From the NCBI GenBank assembly GCA_964550455.1, contig CAZJZG010000001.1, positions 52,222-116,221 of the forward strand: DNA of 64,000 bases, in the 5' to 3' direction. Made by a program: the position numbers and the translations under genes. How positions within the stretch are numbered: position 1 is the first letter of the stretch; every line of letters begins with the position of its first letter. Positions 1-9,551 of the stretch are shown piece after piece. The DNA comes from an uncultured Bacteroidales bacterium (GTDB lineage Bacteria; Bacteroidota; Bacteroidia; Bacteroidales; JAAYJT01). The notes under the pieces are model-generated. The model was not told the DNA's origin and did not search any database. It worked only from the letters and a program-made list of their open reading frames with translations.

Positions 1-1
1 A

Positions 2-376
2 GTTAAAGGCAGAAAAGAATTTAAATTTAAAATCGGGCAATATGAACTTGGGTTTGCTATAATAAGCGGATTGGTCAATGTTAAAGATTTATTGAATGAT
101 ATTAAAGAAGGCAAAACTAATTTGCATTTTGTGGAAGTGATGACTTGCCCGGGAGGATGTATAAACGGAGGAGGTCAGCCAATTCCGACTGATCCGGCAG
201 CAGTTAAAGCAAGAGCTAAGACTCTTTACGAAATTGATGAAAAAGAATCAATAAAAGCATCTCATAAGAACCCAATGGTATTGGATTTGTATCAGATGTT
301 CCTGAAAGAACCCGGAAGTGATAAATGTAAAACACTGCTCCATACAAAATACACCCCAAGGGATGTTTTATTATAA
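2..376 (+). CDS. [FeFe]-hydrogenase catalytic subunit, C-terminal fragment (gene starts upstream of the window)
   Basis: The reading frame is open from nt 2, so the Met at 71 in the ORF track is internal. Contains the H-cluster signature [14 protein letters not shown] (nt 140-181) and a small-subunit-like tail ending [12 protein letters not shown]. Confidence 0.8.
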   Translation, partial: VKGRKEFKFKIGQYELGFAIISGLVNVKDLLNDIKEGKTNLHFVEVMTCPGGCINGGGQPIPTDPAAVKARAKTLYEIDEKESIKASHKNPMVLDLYQMFLKEPGSDKCKTLLHTKYTPRDVLL

Positions 377-432
377 ACAACTGATTTTCATAAACTTTGA
401 ACTATTATTAATAATTCAAAAACAGAAAAGAA

Positions 433-2430
433 TTGGCTAAGAAATCAAACATAGTATATACAATAAAAGAGCGTTGCAGGGTTTGCTATACCTGCGTTCG
501 AGAATGTCCTGCCAAAGCTATTAAAATCATTAACGGACAGGCTGAAGTAATTGATGAACGCTGTATCCTTTGCGGGAACTGTATAAAGGTTTGCAGCCAG
601 TATGCAAAAGTGTTCAGGAACGACAGCCATAATGTAACTACTCTACTTGAGCAAAACGATCAGGTGATAGCAATGGTGGCACCAAGTTTTCCTGCTGAAT
701 TTGAGGATATTGATTACAAAACTTTGGTTGGGATGATCAGAAGGCTCGGGTTTTCGCAGGTTGTTGAAGTCTCGTTTGGCGCTGATCTGGTAGCACAGGA
801 GTACAAAAAACACCTTCTTGACCACGAAAGCAATGCAAAGATTTCTTCTGATTGCCCTGCTATCGTTACATTTATTGAATATTATCATCCCAAGCTGGTT
901 CCTTATCTTACTCCAGTTGTTTCGCCAATGGTTGCTATAGCAAGAGTAATGAAGAAAAAATTGGGCGACGGTATAAAAATGGTTTTTATAGGTCCCTGCA
1001 TAGCAAAAAAAGATGAATCAACTGAAATAGATGAAGTTATTTCTTTCAGGGAGCTAAGGCAATTATTTGATTTGAATGATATTAAACCTGTGAACACAAC
1101 TCCATCTGAATTTGATCCTCCACATAGCGGTAAAGGGGCTGTTTTTCCAATAAGCAGAGGTTTGCTGCAAACCATGGAAATGGAAGAAGATATTCTGGAA
1201 GGAAATATCATTGTAGCTGAAGGTAAAAGTGCATTTCAGGAAGCATTAAAAGAGTTTGAAGCTGGTTATATCAAGGACAATCATCTCGAATTGCTCTGTT
1301 GCGAAGGTTGTATCATGGGACCTGGCATGTCGCCATATCCTTTTTTTGCTTCTACTGCACGACGTTTTCAAAAACGTAGTAAAGTAAGTAAGTATGCCGG
1401 TGAAAAACTGGATAAGCTTGACATGGAAAAATGGGAGAAAGATGTTGAAGAATATTCCAAATTAGATTTAACCAGAACTTTCCAGACCTCTGATCGTAGT
1501 ATGCGACGTCCTTCGTGGGATGAAATTGAGCCAGTATTGCAACGTATGGGTAAGTTTTCAGCAAAAGATTATCTTGATTGTGCTGCCTGCGGTTATGAAT
1601 CATGCGTTGATCATGCTGTTGCAATTATTAATGGGCTGGCAGAAAATGAAATGTGTCTGCCTTATACTATCGAGAAATTGCATAATTACATCAGGGAGTT
1701 AAATATTTCGAACGAAAAACTTGCTAATGCTCAGGAAGCACTTAAACAATCTGAAAAATTAGCAAGTCTGGGACAGCTTTCAGCCGGTATTGCTCATGAA
1801 CTTAACAATCCGCTTGGTGTGATTACAATGTACAGCAATATCCTGAAAGATGAACTGGGAGAAAATGATGGCATAAAAGGTGATTTGCAATTGATTGTTG
1901 AACAGGCTGATCGTTGTAAAAAAATTGTTGGCGGACTTCTTAATTTTGCACGTAAAAATCAGGTGAATTTTGCCGAAATTGATCTAAACACCCTGATCAA
2001 AAATAGTGTTACGTCAGTTATAGTCCCGAATAATGTTAAGGTTGAGATCCATTATCTTGATGGTGACTCAATGGCAATGGCTGACAGGGATCAGATGACT
2101 CAGGTTTTTTCGAACCTGATCAAAAACTCAATAGATGTCATGCCCGATGGCGGATCAATCAAAATTGACATGAAGCCAAACGGAAATGATGTCATATTTG
2201 AAGTTAGCGATACCGGTTGTGGGATCCCTAAAGAAAATATAGGTAAGCTGTTTACACCATTTTTTACTACTAAACCCATTGGTAAAGGCACAGGATTGGG
2301 ACTTTCAATTATTTATGGTATCGTAAAAATGCACAAAGGCGATATCACAGTTAGTTCTAACGCTGATTCGGCTGCCGGACCAACAGGAACTACTTTTAAG
2401 ATCAGACTGCCAAGACACAGGCTTGAATAG
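433..2430 (+). CDS. Sensory [FeFe]-hydrogenase-like histidine kinase (2x 4Fe-4S ferredoxin motifs, degenerate H-cluster domain, Cys-rich FeS domain, HisKA and HATPase_c)
   Basis: Ferredoxin motifs CRVCYTCVRECP and CILCGNCIKVC. Hydrogenase large-domain motifs are present in altered form: SSDCP (nt 844-858), GPCIAKKDE (nt 991-1017), CCEGCIMGPG (nt 1297-1326). A CAACGYESC...C motif resembles the FeS domain at the RnfB N-terminus. H-box SAGIAHELNNPLG (His455, nt 1795-1797) and ATPase boxes NLIKNSIDV, DTGCGIP, GTGLGLS. TTG start. Confidence 0.8.
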   Translation: MAKKSNIVYTIKERCRVCYTCVRECPAKAIKIINGQAEVIDERCILCGNCIKVCSQYAKVFRNDSHNVTTLLEQNDQVIAMVAPSFPAEFEDIDYKTLVGMIRRLGFSQVVEVSFGADLVAQEYKKHLLDHESNAKISSDCPAIVTFIEYYHPKLVPYLTPVVSPMVAIARVMKKKLGDGIKMVFIGPCIAKKDESTEIDEVISFRELRQLFDLNDIKPVNTTPSEFDPPHSGKGAVFPISRGLLQTMEMEEDILEGNIIVAEGKSAFQEALKEFEAGYIKDNHLELLCCEGCIMGPGMSPYPFFASTARRFQKRSKVSKYAGEKLDKLDMEKWEKDVEEYSKLDLTRTFQTSDRSMRRPSWDEIEPVLQRMGKFSAKDYLDCAACGYESCVDHAVAIINGLAENEMCLPYTIEKLHNYIRELNISNEKLANAQEALKQSEKLASLGQLSAGIAHELNNPLGVITMYSNILKDELGENDGIKGDLQLIVEQADRCKKIVGGLLNFARKNQVNFAEIDLNTLIKNSVTSVIVPNNVKVEIHYLDGDSMAMADRDQMTQVFSNLIKNSIDVMPDGGSIKIDMKPNGNDVIFEVSDTGCGIPKENIGKLFTPFFTTKPIGKGTGLGLSIIYGIVKMHKGDITVSSNADSAAGPTGTTFKIRLPRHRLE

Positions 2431-2590
2431 TGAGATAAATGGAGCAAACACATAACTATACAGAAAATGAAATATTGATAAGAAAATCAGATAAAAATAA
2501 AAACGATAGTAACATATACTGATAATTACAATTTAAAGAATATCTTTAGATTGGGTTCAAAAAATTATTAACATCTATACCTAAAGAAAA

Positions 2591-2977
2591 ATGAAGAAAA
2601 CAGTGCTGATAGTTGATGACGACCTGGACTATTTGTTTCAAATGCAATTAAAAATACAAGGATTTGGTTTTGACGTAGTTACAGCCGAAGGACAGCAAGA
2701 TGCAGAACGTATTATTGAAACATTTAAACCTGATCTTGCTATACTTGACCTGATGATGGAGAATGAAGATAGTGGGTTTATTCTGGCATATAAATTAAGA
2801 CGAAAATATCCGGATGTACCCATTATAATTGCAACAGCCGTTACTGCTGAAACAGGAATGACTTTTGACGTACGCTCGGAACAAGACCGGCAATGGATCA
2901 AAGCCGATCTTTTCCTTGATAAAGGTTTGCGTGCTGACCAGTTGCACAGAGAGATTAACAAATTACTGAAAATCTGA
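2591..2977 (+). CDS. Stand-alone response-regulator receiver (REC-only, CheY-like)
   Basis: VLIVDDD acidic pocket, phospho-acceptor context DLAILDLMM (Asp53, nt 2747-2749), 128 aa with no output domain. Confidence 0.85.
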   Translation: MKKTVLIVDDDLDYLFQMQLKIQGFGFDVVTAEGQQDAERIIETFKPDLAILDLMMENEDSGFILAYKLRRKYPDVPIIIATAVTAETGMTFDVRSEQDRQWIKADLFLDKGLRADQLHREINKLLKI

Positions 2978-3058
2978 ATCATAGCAAACATTAGGCTCAT
3001 GTATTTTCAATTTTCCGAAAATCAGAAAGTGAATAAATAACCATATAAAAAACAAACA

Positions 3059-4177
3059 ATGGCAACTTTAAAAATTCTCGTTGTTGATGATGAGCCGGGC
3101 ATTCGCTCCGGAGTCTCACGTATTCTCAGGGATTTCAAGGCTGATTTTCCGTTTATTGATGAACCTATAAGTTATGATATCCATGAAGCTGAATCCGGAG
3201 AAGAAGCTATAGAAATAATTCTGAAGCAGAATCCTGAGATTATTCTGCTCGACAATAAACTTCCTGGTATGCAGGGTGTGGAAGTTCTTGAATGGATAAA
3301 GAAAAACAATATTGATACTCTTGTTGTAATGATCACTTCATATGCATCGCTCGAGCTTGCAGTAAAAGCTACCCGCGATGGTGCTCACGACTTTGTTCCA
3401 AAGCCTTTTACTCCACAGGAATTACGCTCCAGCATTGAGAATTCAAGTAAGCATGTTTTTCTGCGGAAGATGACACAGCAAATGCATAAAGAAGGAAAGC
3501 AAATTCGTTTCCAGTTTCTGACCGTTCTTTCGCACGAGCTTAAAGCACCACTTAACGCCATTGAAGGCTACCTGCAGATCATGCAGGAAAAACAACTCGG
3601 AGAAGAAATTTCTGCATATGATAAAGTTATTGATCGTTCGCTTGAAAGGATCACAGGAATGCGTAATCTGATTCTTGACATGCTTGACCTCACCAGGCTC
3701 GAATCAGGCAAAACGGTTCAGAAAAAGGAAATGGTAGTATTAAATGATATAGCCCGTAATGCTATTGATATTATGCGACCATATGCCATTCAAAAAGATG
3801 TGGACGTGTATCTGAACGCATCTAAAAGGATCAGTTATCTCGCCGATTCTGACGAAATGGAAATTATTTTTAACAATCTGATCTCAAATGCTGTAAAATA
3901 TAATATTCAGGGTGGACGTGTGGATTGCATGATCAGGGAAGAAGATTCCTCTATTGAAATCACGGTTTCCGATACAGGAATAGGAATGAATGAAGAAGAA
4001 ATTGAAAACATATTTCATGATTTTTACAGAATTAAAAATCAGGAAACACGAAAAGTATCCGGTAGTGGTTTAGGATTGTCAATCCTAAAAAAGACCGTAG
4101 AATTATATGAGGGCAGCGTTGATGTTAGCAGTGTCCCCGGCAAAGGCACTACATTTACCGTAAAACTTAAAAAGTAA
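3059..4177 (+). CDS. Hybrid receiver-histidine kinase (REC + HisKA + HATPase_c)
   Basis: N-terminal REC (ILVVDDEPG, IILLDNKLPGM with Asp65, FVPKPF). H-box LSHELKAPLNAIEGY. ATPase boxes NLISNAVKY, DTGIGM, GSGLGLS. Confidence 0.85.
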   Translation: MATLKILVVDDEPGIRSGVSRILRDFKADFPFIDEPISYDIHEAESGEEAIEIILKQNPEIILLDNKLPGMQGVEVLEWIKKNNIDTLVVMITSYASLELAVKATRDGAHDFVPKPFTPQELRSSIENSSKHVFLRKMTQQMHKEGKQIRFQFLTVLSHELKAPLNAIEGYLQIMQEKQLGEEISAYDKVIDRSLERITGMRNLILDMLDLTRLESGKTVQKKEMVVLNDIARNAIDIMRPYAIQKDVDVYLNASKRISYLADSDEMEIIFNNLISNAVKYNIQGGRVDCMIREEDSSIEITVSDTGIGMNEEEIENIFHDFYRIKNQETRKVSGSGLGLSILKKTVELYEGSVDVSSVPGKGTTFTVKLKK

Positions 4178-4188
4178 AGTTCAGGTCA

Positions 4189-4213
4189 GAAAATCATTTT
4201 AAGCATGATTTTC
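4189..4213 (+). promoter_or_regulatory. Perfect 9-bp inverted repeat GAAAATCAT-N7-ATGATTTTC between the hybrid kinase and rex (hairpin or operator)
   Basis: Read directly: gaaaatcat (4189-4197), tttaagc, atgattttc (4205-4213). It begins 12 nt after the kinase stop codon. No clean T-run follows, so the role is ambiguous. Confidence 0.3.
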
Positions 4214-4261
4214 AATCCAGAGCTTTTAAAAAAACATTAATTAAATATTGAAACTTATAAA

Positions 4262-4900
4262 ATGACAGCAACACGGTTACCAGATAAAACTATTGAGCGC
4301 TTGAGTCAGTACCGGCATCTGCTTATGGCATATTCTAACTTTGGTAAACAACATATATTTTCACATGAACTTGCCGGTATGCTACATATTACTCCCGTAC
4401 AGGTAAGACGCGATATTATGTTGATTGGTCACACAGGTACATTGCGTCGCGGATATGATGTTCGTGATCTTTTAAACAGGATTTCAAGGATTATTGATAT
4501 TGATATGGGAATGAGGGTTGCAGTAGTGGGCGTTGGACTGATGGGAGGTGCAATTATCAATTATTTCTCAGGAAAAAGATCGAAACTGACTATAGTAGGC
4601 GCATTTGATATAGACCCTGAAAAAGTCAACAGGGTTTATACCGGTGTACCATGTTATCCTGTTGATAAATTAAGGGAAATAATAAAGTCAGAGAATATTG
4701 ATATTGCTATACTTACAGTACCTCCGACCGATGCTGTAGCGATGACCGAAAAACTGGTAATGGCGGGAATTAAAGGCATACTAAACTTTACAACTATACC
4801 GCTTAATGTGCCTGAACACGTTTATCTTGAAGAATATAACATGATATCCTCGCTTGAGAAAGTAGCTTACTTTGTAAAAAAACAAAAGATAAATAAATAG
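4262..4900 (+). CDS. rex: Redox-sensing transcriptional repressor Rex
   Basis: N-terminal winged-helix region (IERLSQYRHLL, ITPVQVRRDI) followed by a Rossmann/CoA-binding-type domain (RVAVVGVGLMGGAI, AILTVP). Size is about 210 aa. Confidence 0.8.
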   Translation: MTATRLPDKTIERLSQYRHLLMAYSNFGKQHIFSHELAGMLHITPVQVRRDIMLIGHTGTLRRGYDVRDLLNRISRIIDIDMGMRVAVVGVGLMGGAIINYFSGKRSKLTIVGAFDIDPEKVNRVYTGVPCYPVDKLREIIKSENIDIAILTVPPTDAVAMTEKLVMAGIKGILNFTTIPLNVPEHVYLEEYNMISSLEKVAYFVKKQKINK

Positions 4901-4921
4901 ATAGGATTTTGGCTGTAAACT

Positions 4922-5863
4922 ATGAATATTTATAGGGATCTGAATCAGACACTGCCGGTAAAAAATGCTGTTGTAACAACAGGATCTTTTGATGGAGTAC
5001 ATATTGGACATAAAACCATTCTTAACCGATTAAATGATATTGCCAAAGACATCGGAGGTGAATCAACTTTAATTACCTTTCATCCCCATCCGCGAAAAAT
5101 ATTATATCCCGAAACTGCTGGTAAGGAACTAAAACTGATTAGTTCGCAGAGCGAAAAAATAGAATTGCTTAGAAAAGTGGGACTTCATAACCTTATTATA
5201 GTTCCTTTTAATATTGAGTTCTCAAAAATAAGCTCGGTGGATTTCATTCGCAACATCCTGGTTAAGAAACTTCACGCACACACTGTCGTTATTGGTTTTA
5301 ATCATCACTTCGGGCATAACAGGGAAGGTGATTTTGAGCATCTTCATGAACTCGGGAAATATTATAATTTCATGGTCGAAGAGATACCACAACAAGATAT
5401 TGATAATGAAACTGTTAGTTCAACAAAGATCAGGGAAGCCATAAAAGAAGGACGTATTCAGCGTGCCAATGCTTATCTTGATCATCATTATATCATTATC
5501 GGCGAATTGTGCAGAACAAAAACCGTTCTGGATACAGCAGGTTTGCCTGTTTACAGGGTAAAAATTGATGAAGATGTAAAGCTTATACCACCTGAAGGTG
5601 TTTATGCAATAAGCGTGAGTGGCAACGGAATATATCTTAAAGGAATGCTTAATATTTCAAACCCTTTGAGAATTCCACAACCAAACGGACAGGAAATGGT
5701 AGTTGAGCTTCATTTATTTGATTGCGAAAAAGATCTTACCAATGAAACTCTTATGATATCATTTCATAAAAGGATGAGAAATGAAATGAATTTCAATGAT
5801 GCTGAACAACTGATAACACAGCTTAACAGAGATAAAGAAGAAATTAATGAATTAATTTATTAA
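4922..5863 (+). CDS. ribF: Bifunctional riboflavin kinase / FAD synthetase
   Basis: N-terminal nucleotidyltransferase motif TGSFDGVHIGH, ITFHPHP, SST.IR, and a C-terminal riboflavin-kinase domain. 313 aa. Confidence 0.85.
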   Translation: MNIYRDLNQTLPVKNAVVTTGSFDGVHIGHKTILNRLNDIAKDIGGESTLITFHPHPRKILYPETAGKELKLISSQSEKIELLRKVGLHNLIIVPFNIEFSKISSVDFIRNILVKKLHAHTVVIGFNHHFGHNREGDFEHLHELGKYYNFMVEEIPQQDIDNETVSSTKIREAIKEGRIQRANAYLDHHYIIIGELCRTKTVLDTAGLPVYRVKIDEDVKLIPPEGVYAISVSGNGIYLKGMLNISNPLRIPQPNGQEMVVELHLFDCEKDLTNETLMISFHKRMRNEMNFNDAEQLITQLNRDKEEINELIY

Positions 5864-5865
5864 TA

Positions 5866-6651
5866 GTGAGCAAGGCAGTAAAACATAGTTTGAAAGTAAC
5901 TTTTCTGGGAACAGGCACTTCTACTGGTGTACCGGTAGTAGCATGCAACTGCCCTATTTGCAAATCAGGCGATGTAAGGGATAAGAGGTTCAGAACCTCA
6001 GCCATGCTTACAATTAACGAAAGAAACATTGTAATAGATTGTGGACCTGACTTTCGTATTCAAATGCTGAGGAACAATGTTGAAGAAATTGATGCAATTA
6101 TTTTTACACACGGTCATCGCGATCATATTGCAGGACTTGATGATATCAGGGCATTCAATTATATTTTGAATAAAGATATTGATATTTACGGATCAGAGGA
6201 AGTACTTGAAGCCATACAAACAGAGTTTCCCTATATATTCACTGAAACTCGCTATTTTGGAACGCCGCAGCTTGTAACCCATGCAATTGAAAACACACCT
6301 TTTATTGTGAATGATATAAAGATTATCCCTATAGAGGTGATGCACAACAAGTTAAGTGTGTTTGGTTACAGGATTGGAGATTTTACTTATATAACTGATG
6401 CAAGTTATATTCCTGTTGAAGAAATGGTAAAAATGAAAGGCTCCAAAGTATTGGTTCTAAATGCTTTGCGAAACTCTCGCCATATTTCTCATTTTTCACT
6501 TGGAGAAGCAGTAGAGGTAGTTGAAAAATTAGAACCTGAAATGACCTATCTTACCCATATCAGCCATTTTCTTGGGCTTCATGAAGAAGTTGAAAAAAAG
6601 CTTCCTCAACATATACGGCTTGCCTATGATAATCTGGTTATTGAAATTTAA
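5866..6651 (+). CDS. MBL-fold metallo-hydrolase (PhnP-like phosphodiesterase family)
   Basis: FLGTGTSTGVP, a Cys cluster CNCPICKS, and the metallo-beta-lactamase motif THGHRDH. GTG start 2 nt after the ribF stop. Confidence 0.7.
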   Translation: MSKAVKHSLKVTFLGTGTSTGVPVVACNCPICKSGDVRDKRFRTSAMLTINERNIVIDCGPDFRIQMLRNNVEEIDAIIFTHGHRDHIAGLDDIRAFNYILNKDIDIYGSEEVLEAIQTEFPYIFTETRYFGTPQLVTHAIENTPFIVNDIKIIPIEVMHNKLSVFGYRIGDFTYITDASYIPVEEMVKMKGSKVLVLNALRNSRHISHFSLGEAVEVVEKLEPEMTYLTHISHFLGLHEEVEKKLPQHIRLAYDNLVIEI

Positions 6652-6811
6652 TTGATCTGCGACCAAATTTCAGGGAGTTTTAAGAGAATGAAGCTGGGTG
6701 ATGTTTAAAAACAAATCTTTTATAAAACTTTTCAGGATTTATATAAGCATAAACCTTCATTTTTTTGTAATTTTGTAAAAAATAACAACATCTGATTTTT
6801 ATATATAAGCC

Positions 6812-8242
6812 ATGAAGTTTACTCCTGAAAAATACAGCATAGAAGACCGGCCAATGCAGCCGTTTATTGATCCTGATGAAATCTGGCATTTCATAAATAA
6901 TACCACTTCTGACAAAGAGCGGGTTCGTGATGTAATTGCCAAATCGCTTGCAAAAAACAGACTCAATCTTGAAGAGACTGCTGTTCTTGTAAATGCCAAT
7001 GATCCCGAACTTATTGAAGAGATCAAAGAAGGTGCCCGTTTACTGAAAGAAAAAATATATGGAAACCGCATTGTTTTATTTGCACCTCTGTACGTTGGCA
7101 ACAAGTGTATAAACAATTGTCAGTATTGCGGCTACAAAGTTACAAACAAAAGAGTTAAGCGGTCCACTCTTGATGACCTGCAACTTGTTCAGGAAGTTGA
7201 AGCCCTTGAAGAAAACGGACAAAAACGACTTATACTTGTTTATGGAGAACATCCGGATTATTCACCTGAATATATTGCACATACAGTACGCATTGTATAT
7301 GGTGTTAAAAAAGGAAATGGAGAAATCAGAAGAGTTAATATTAATGCTGCTCCATTGGATATTGAAGGTTTCAGGATTGTAAAAGAGGCAGGGATTGGTA
7401 CTTTCCAGGTTTTTCAGGAAACATATCATCCTGAAACTTATAAGATTTATCATCCAAAGGGGCCTAAAAGTAATTTTGAATACCGCCTTACCTCACTTGA
7501 CAGAGCACAGGAAGCCGGGCTGGACGATGTGGGTATAGGTGCTCTTTTTGGATTGTACGACTGGAAATATGAAGTGTTAGGTCTTGTGCGGCATACCAAT
7601 CATTTTGAAGCCTGTTATAATGTAGGTCCTCACACTATATCATTTCCCAGATTACAATTAGCTTCTGTACTGAATATAAGTGAAGAATATCTGGTATCAA
7701 ACAAAGACTTTACAAAACTTGTTGCAATTCTTCGGCTTGCCGTTCCATATACAGGATTGATCCTTACAGCAAGAGAACCTGCTGTTATCCGTAGTGAAGT
7801 TATGAGCTTTGGTGTTTCACAAATTGACGGGGGAACAAAAATAGAAATTGGCAGTTATATTAAAAGCGACTACATGCAGGATATTGACAAAGAACAATTT
7901 CAGATTAGTGATACACGCTCGTTAAATGAAATCATTGATGAGCTTCTGGATCAGGGTTATCTCCCTTCGTTTTGCACTGCATGTTACCGGCTTGGACGTA
8001 CCGGAGAACATTTTATGGAGTTCTCAGTACCGGGATTTATTAAAAGATTCTGTTCTCCTAATGCAATTCTGACCCTTGCAGAATACCTTGTTGACTATGC
8101 TCCTGAGAACACAAAGGAAAAAGGATGGAAAGTAATTGAGAAAAATATCCAGCAACTGGAAGACTATGAAAAAGGTTCAACCGATGAACTAAGAAACAGA
8201 ATTGAAAAAATAAAGGAAGGTGTCAGAGATTTATACTTTTAA
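6812..8242 (+). CDS. hydG: [FeFe]-hydrogenase H-cluster radical-SAM maturase HydG
   Basis: Radical-SAM CX3CX2C (CINNCQYC, nt 7106-7129). ThiH/HydG-like body. C-terminal CX2CX22C motif (CTAC...22 aa...C, nt 7973-8053), which distinguishes HydG from ThiH. 476 aa. Confidence 0.85.
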   Translation: MKFTPEKYSIEDRPMQPFIDPDEIWHFINNTTSDKERVRDVIAKSLAKNRLNLEETAVLVNANDPELIEEIKEGARLLKEKIYGNRIVLFAPLYVGNKCINNCQYCGYKVTNKRVKRSTLDDLQLVQEVEALEENGQKRLILVYGEHPDYSPEYIAHTVRIVYGVKKGNGEIRRVNINAAPLDIEGFRIVKEAGIGTFQVFQETYHPETYKIYHPKGPKSNFEYRLTSLDRAQEAGLDDVGIGALFGLYDWKYEVLGLVRHTNHFEACYNVGPHTISFPRLQLASVLNISEEYLVSNKDFTKLVAILRLAVPYTGLILTAREPAVIRSEVMSFGVSQIDGGTKIEIGSYIKSDYMQDIDKEQFQISDTRSLNEIIDELLDQGYLPSFCTACYRLGRTGEHFMEFSVPGFIKRFCSPNAILTLAEYLVDYAPENTKEKGWKVIEKNIQQLEDYEKGSTDELRNRIEKIKEGVRDLYF

Positions 8243-8377
8243 GTTTCATTTCTGTTTTGCCTTGAAACTAAGTTTTAAGAACCTCTTTTAATTCATAGTA
8301 ATTTCAGTATTTATTCAGAATTAAGGGGTCAGGTTATTTTATTGTGTAAGCTTAAGCTGAATTCTTTACTTTTTTCA

Positions 8378-8385
8378 TATATTTG
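8378..8385 (+). promoter_or_regulatory. Candidate Bacteroidota -7 box TATATTTG upstream of recA
   Basis: Matches TAnnTTTG, 52 nt upstream of the recA ATG. No clean -33 TTTG seen. Confidence 0.35.
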
Positions 8386-8436
8386 AACACTTTTTAGATA
8401 AGTAGAAATTAATTATCAAATAAATAATAAAGAATT

Positions 8437-9450
8437 ATGTCCGAAGCAAAAGAAATAAACAAGGAGAAGCTCAAGGCTTTACAACTTGCAATGGATAAGT
8501 TGGATAAAACTTATGGCAAGGGTACAATTATGAAGCTTGGTGATTCAGCGATGGAAGATATTCCTGTAATATCAACTGGTTCTATCTCTCTCGACCATGC
8601 TTTAGGTATTGGAGGCTTACCCCGTGGCAGAATTGTTGAGATTTATGGTCCTGAAGCTTCCGGTAAAACTACACTTGCGCTTCATGCAATTGCAGAAGCT
8701 CAGCAAGCTGGAGGAATAGCTGCTTTTATTGATGCCGAGCATGCCTTTGATCGGTTCTACGCACAAAAACTCGGAATAGATACTGAAAATCTGTTGATCT
8801 CACAACCCGATAACGGAGAACAAGCACTGGAGATAACTGAAAATCTGATCCGTTCGGGGGCTATAGATATTATAGTTATTGACTCGGTAGCAGCTCTCAC
8901 TCCAAAAAGTGAAATTGAAGGCGAAATGGGCGATTCAAAAGTAGGGTTACAGGCACGGCTTATGTCCCAGGCATTACGTAAACTAACAGCCACCATCAGC
9001 AAAACAGGATGCTGCTGTATATTCATCAATCAATTACGTGAAAAAATTGGAGTGATGTTTGGAAATCCTGAAACTACAACGGGAGGTAACGCATTGAAGT
9101 TTTATTCTTCAGTGAGGCTTGATATAAGAAGGCTTACTCAGATTAAGGATTCTGAAAATATTACAGGAAACCGCACTAAAGTCAAGGTGGTTAAAAACAA
9201 AGTTGCTCCCCCATTCCGTATTGCAGAGTTTGATATTATTTATGGTGAAGGCATTTCAAAACTGGGTGAAATTATTGATCTGGGTGTTGACCTGGCTGTT
9301 ATTAAAAAGAGTGGTTCATGGTATAGCTATGGCGAAACTAAGCTGGGACAAGGGCGCGACGCCGTAAAAAACTTGCTGACCGATAATCCGGAACTTACTG
9401 AAGAACTGGAAAAGCTGGTAAGAGATGCACTAAAAGAACAAAAAGTATAG
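8437..9450 (+). CDS. recA: Recombinase RecA
   Basis: Walker [33 protein letters not shown], and a typical full-length RecA sequence. Confidence 0.97.
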   Translation: MSEAKEINKEKLKALQLAMDKLDKTYGKGTIMKLGDSAMEDIPVISTGSISLDHALGIGGLPRGRIVEIYGPEASGKTTLALHAIAEAQQAGGIAAFIDAEHAFDRFYAQKLGIDTENLLISQPDNGEQALEITENLIRSGAIDIIVIDSVAALTPKSEIEGEMGDSKVGLQARLMSQALRKLTATISKTGCCCIFINQLREKIGVMFGNPETTTGGNALKFYSSVRLDIRRLTQIKDSENITGNRTKVKVVKNKVAPPFRIAEFDIIYGEGISKLGEIIDLGVDLAVIKKSGSWYSYGETKLGQGRDAVKNLLTDNPELTEELEKLVRDALKEQKV

Positions 9451-9551
9451 TCTGACTATTAATAAATTTTAAATTCATTGTTGATCCTTCATTACAAGGA
9501 CATTAGACAATTTTTATATTTTAAAGCAATCCATTCATTTTGATTCCCGAA

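Noticed and set aside
445-1624. Minus-strand ORFs 445-630, 643-888, 903-1211 and 1352-1624 from the track.
   Set aside because: They lie entirely antisense within the well-supported sensor-kinase gene. Their composition is low-complexity or odd, and none has a motif. They are typical shadow ORFs. The same reasoning applies to 2638-3000, 35613-36219, 48792-49448, 52033-52765 and the 55020-59840 series.
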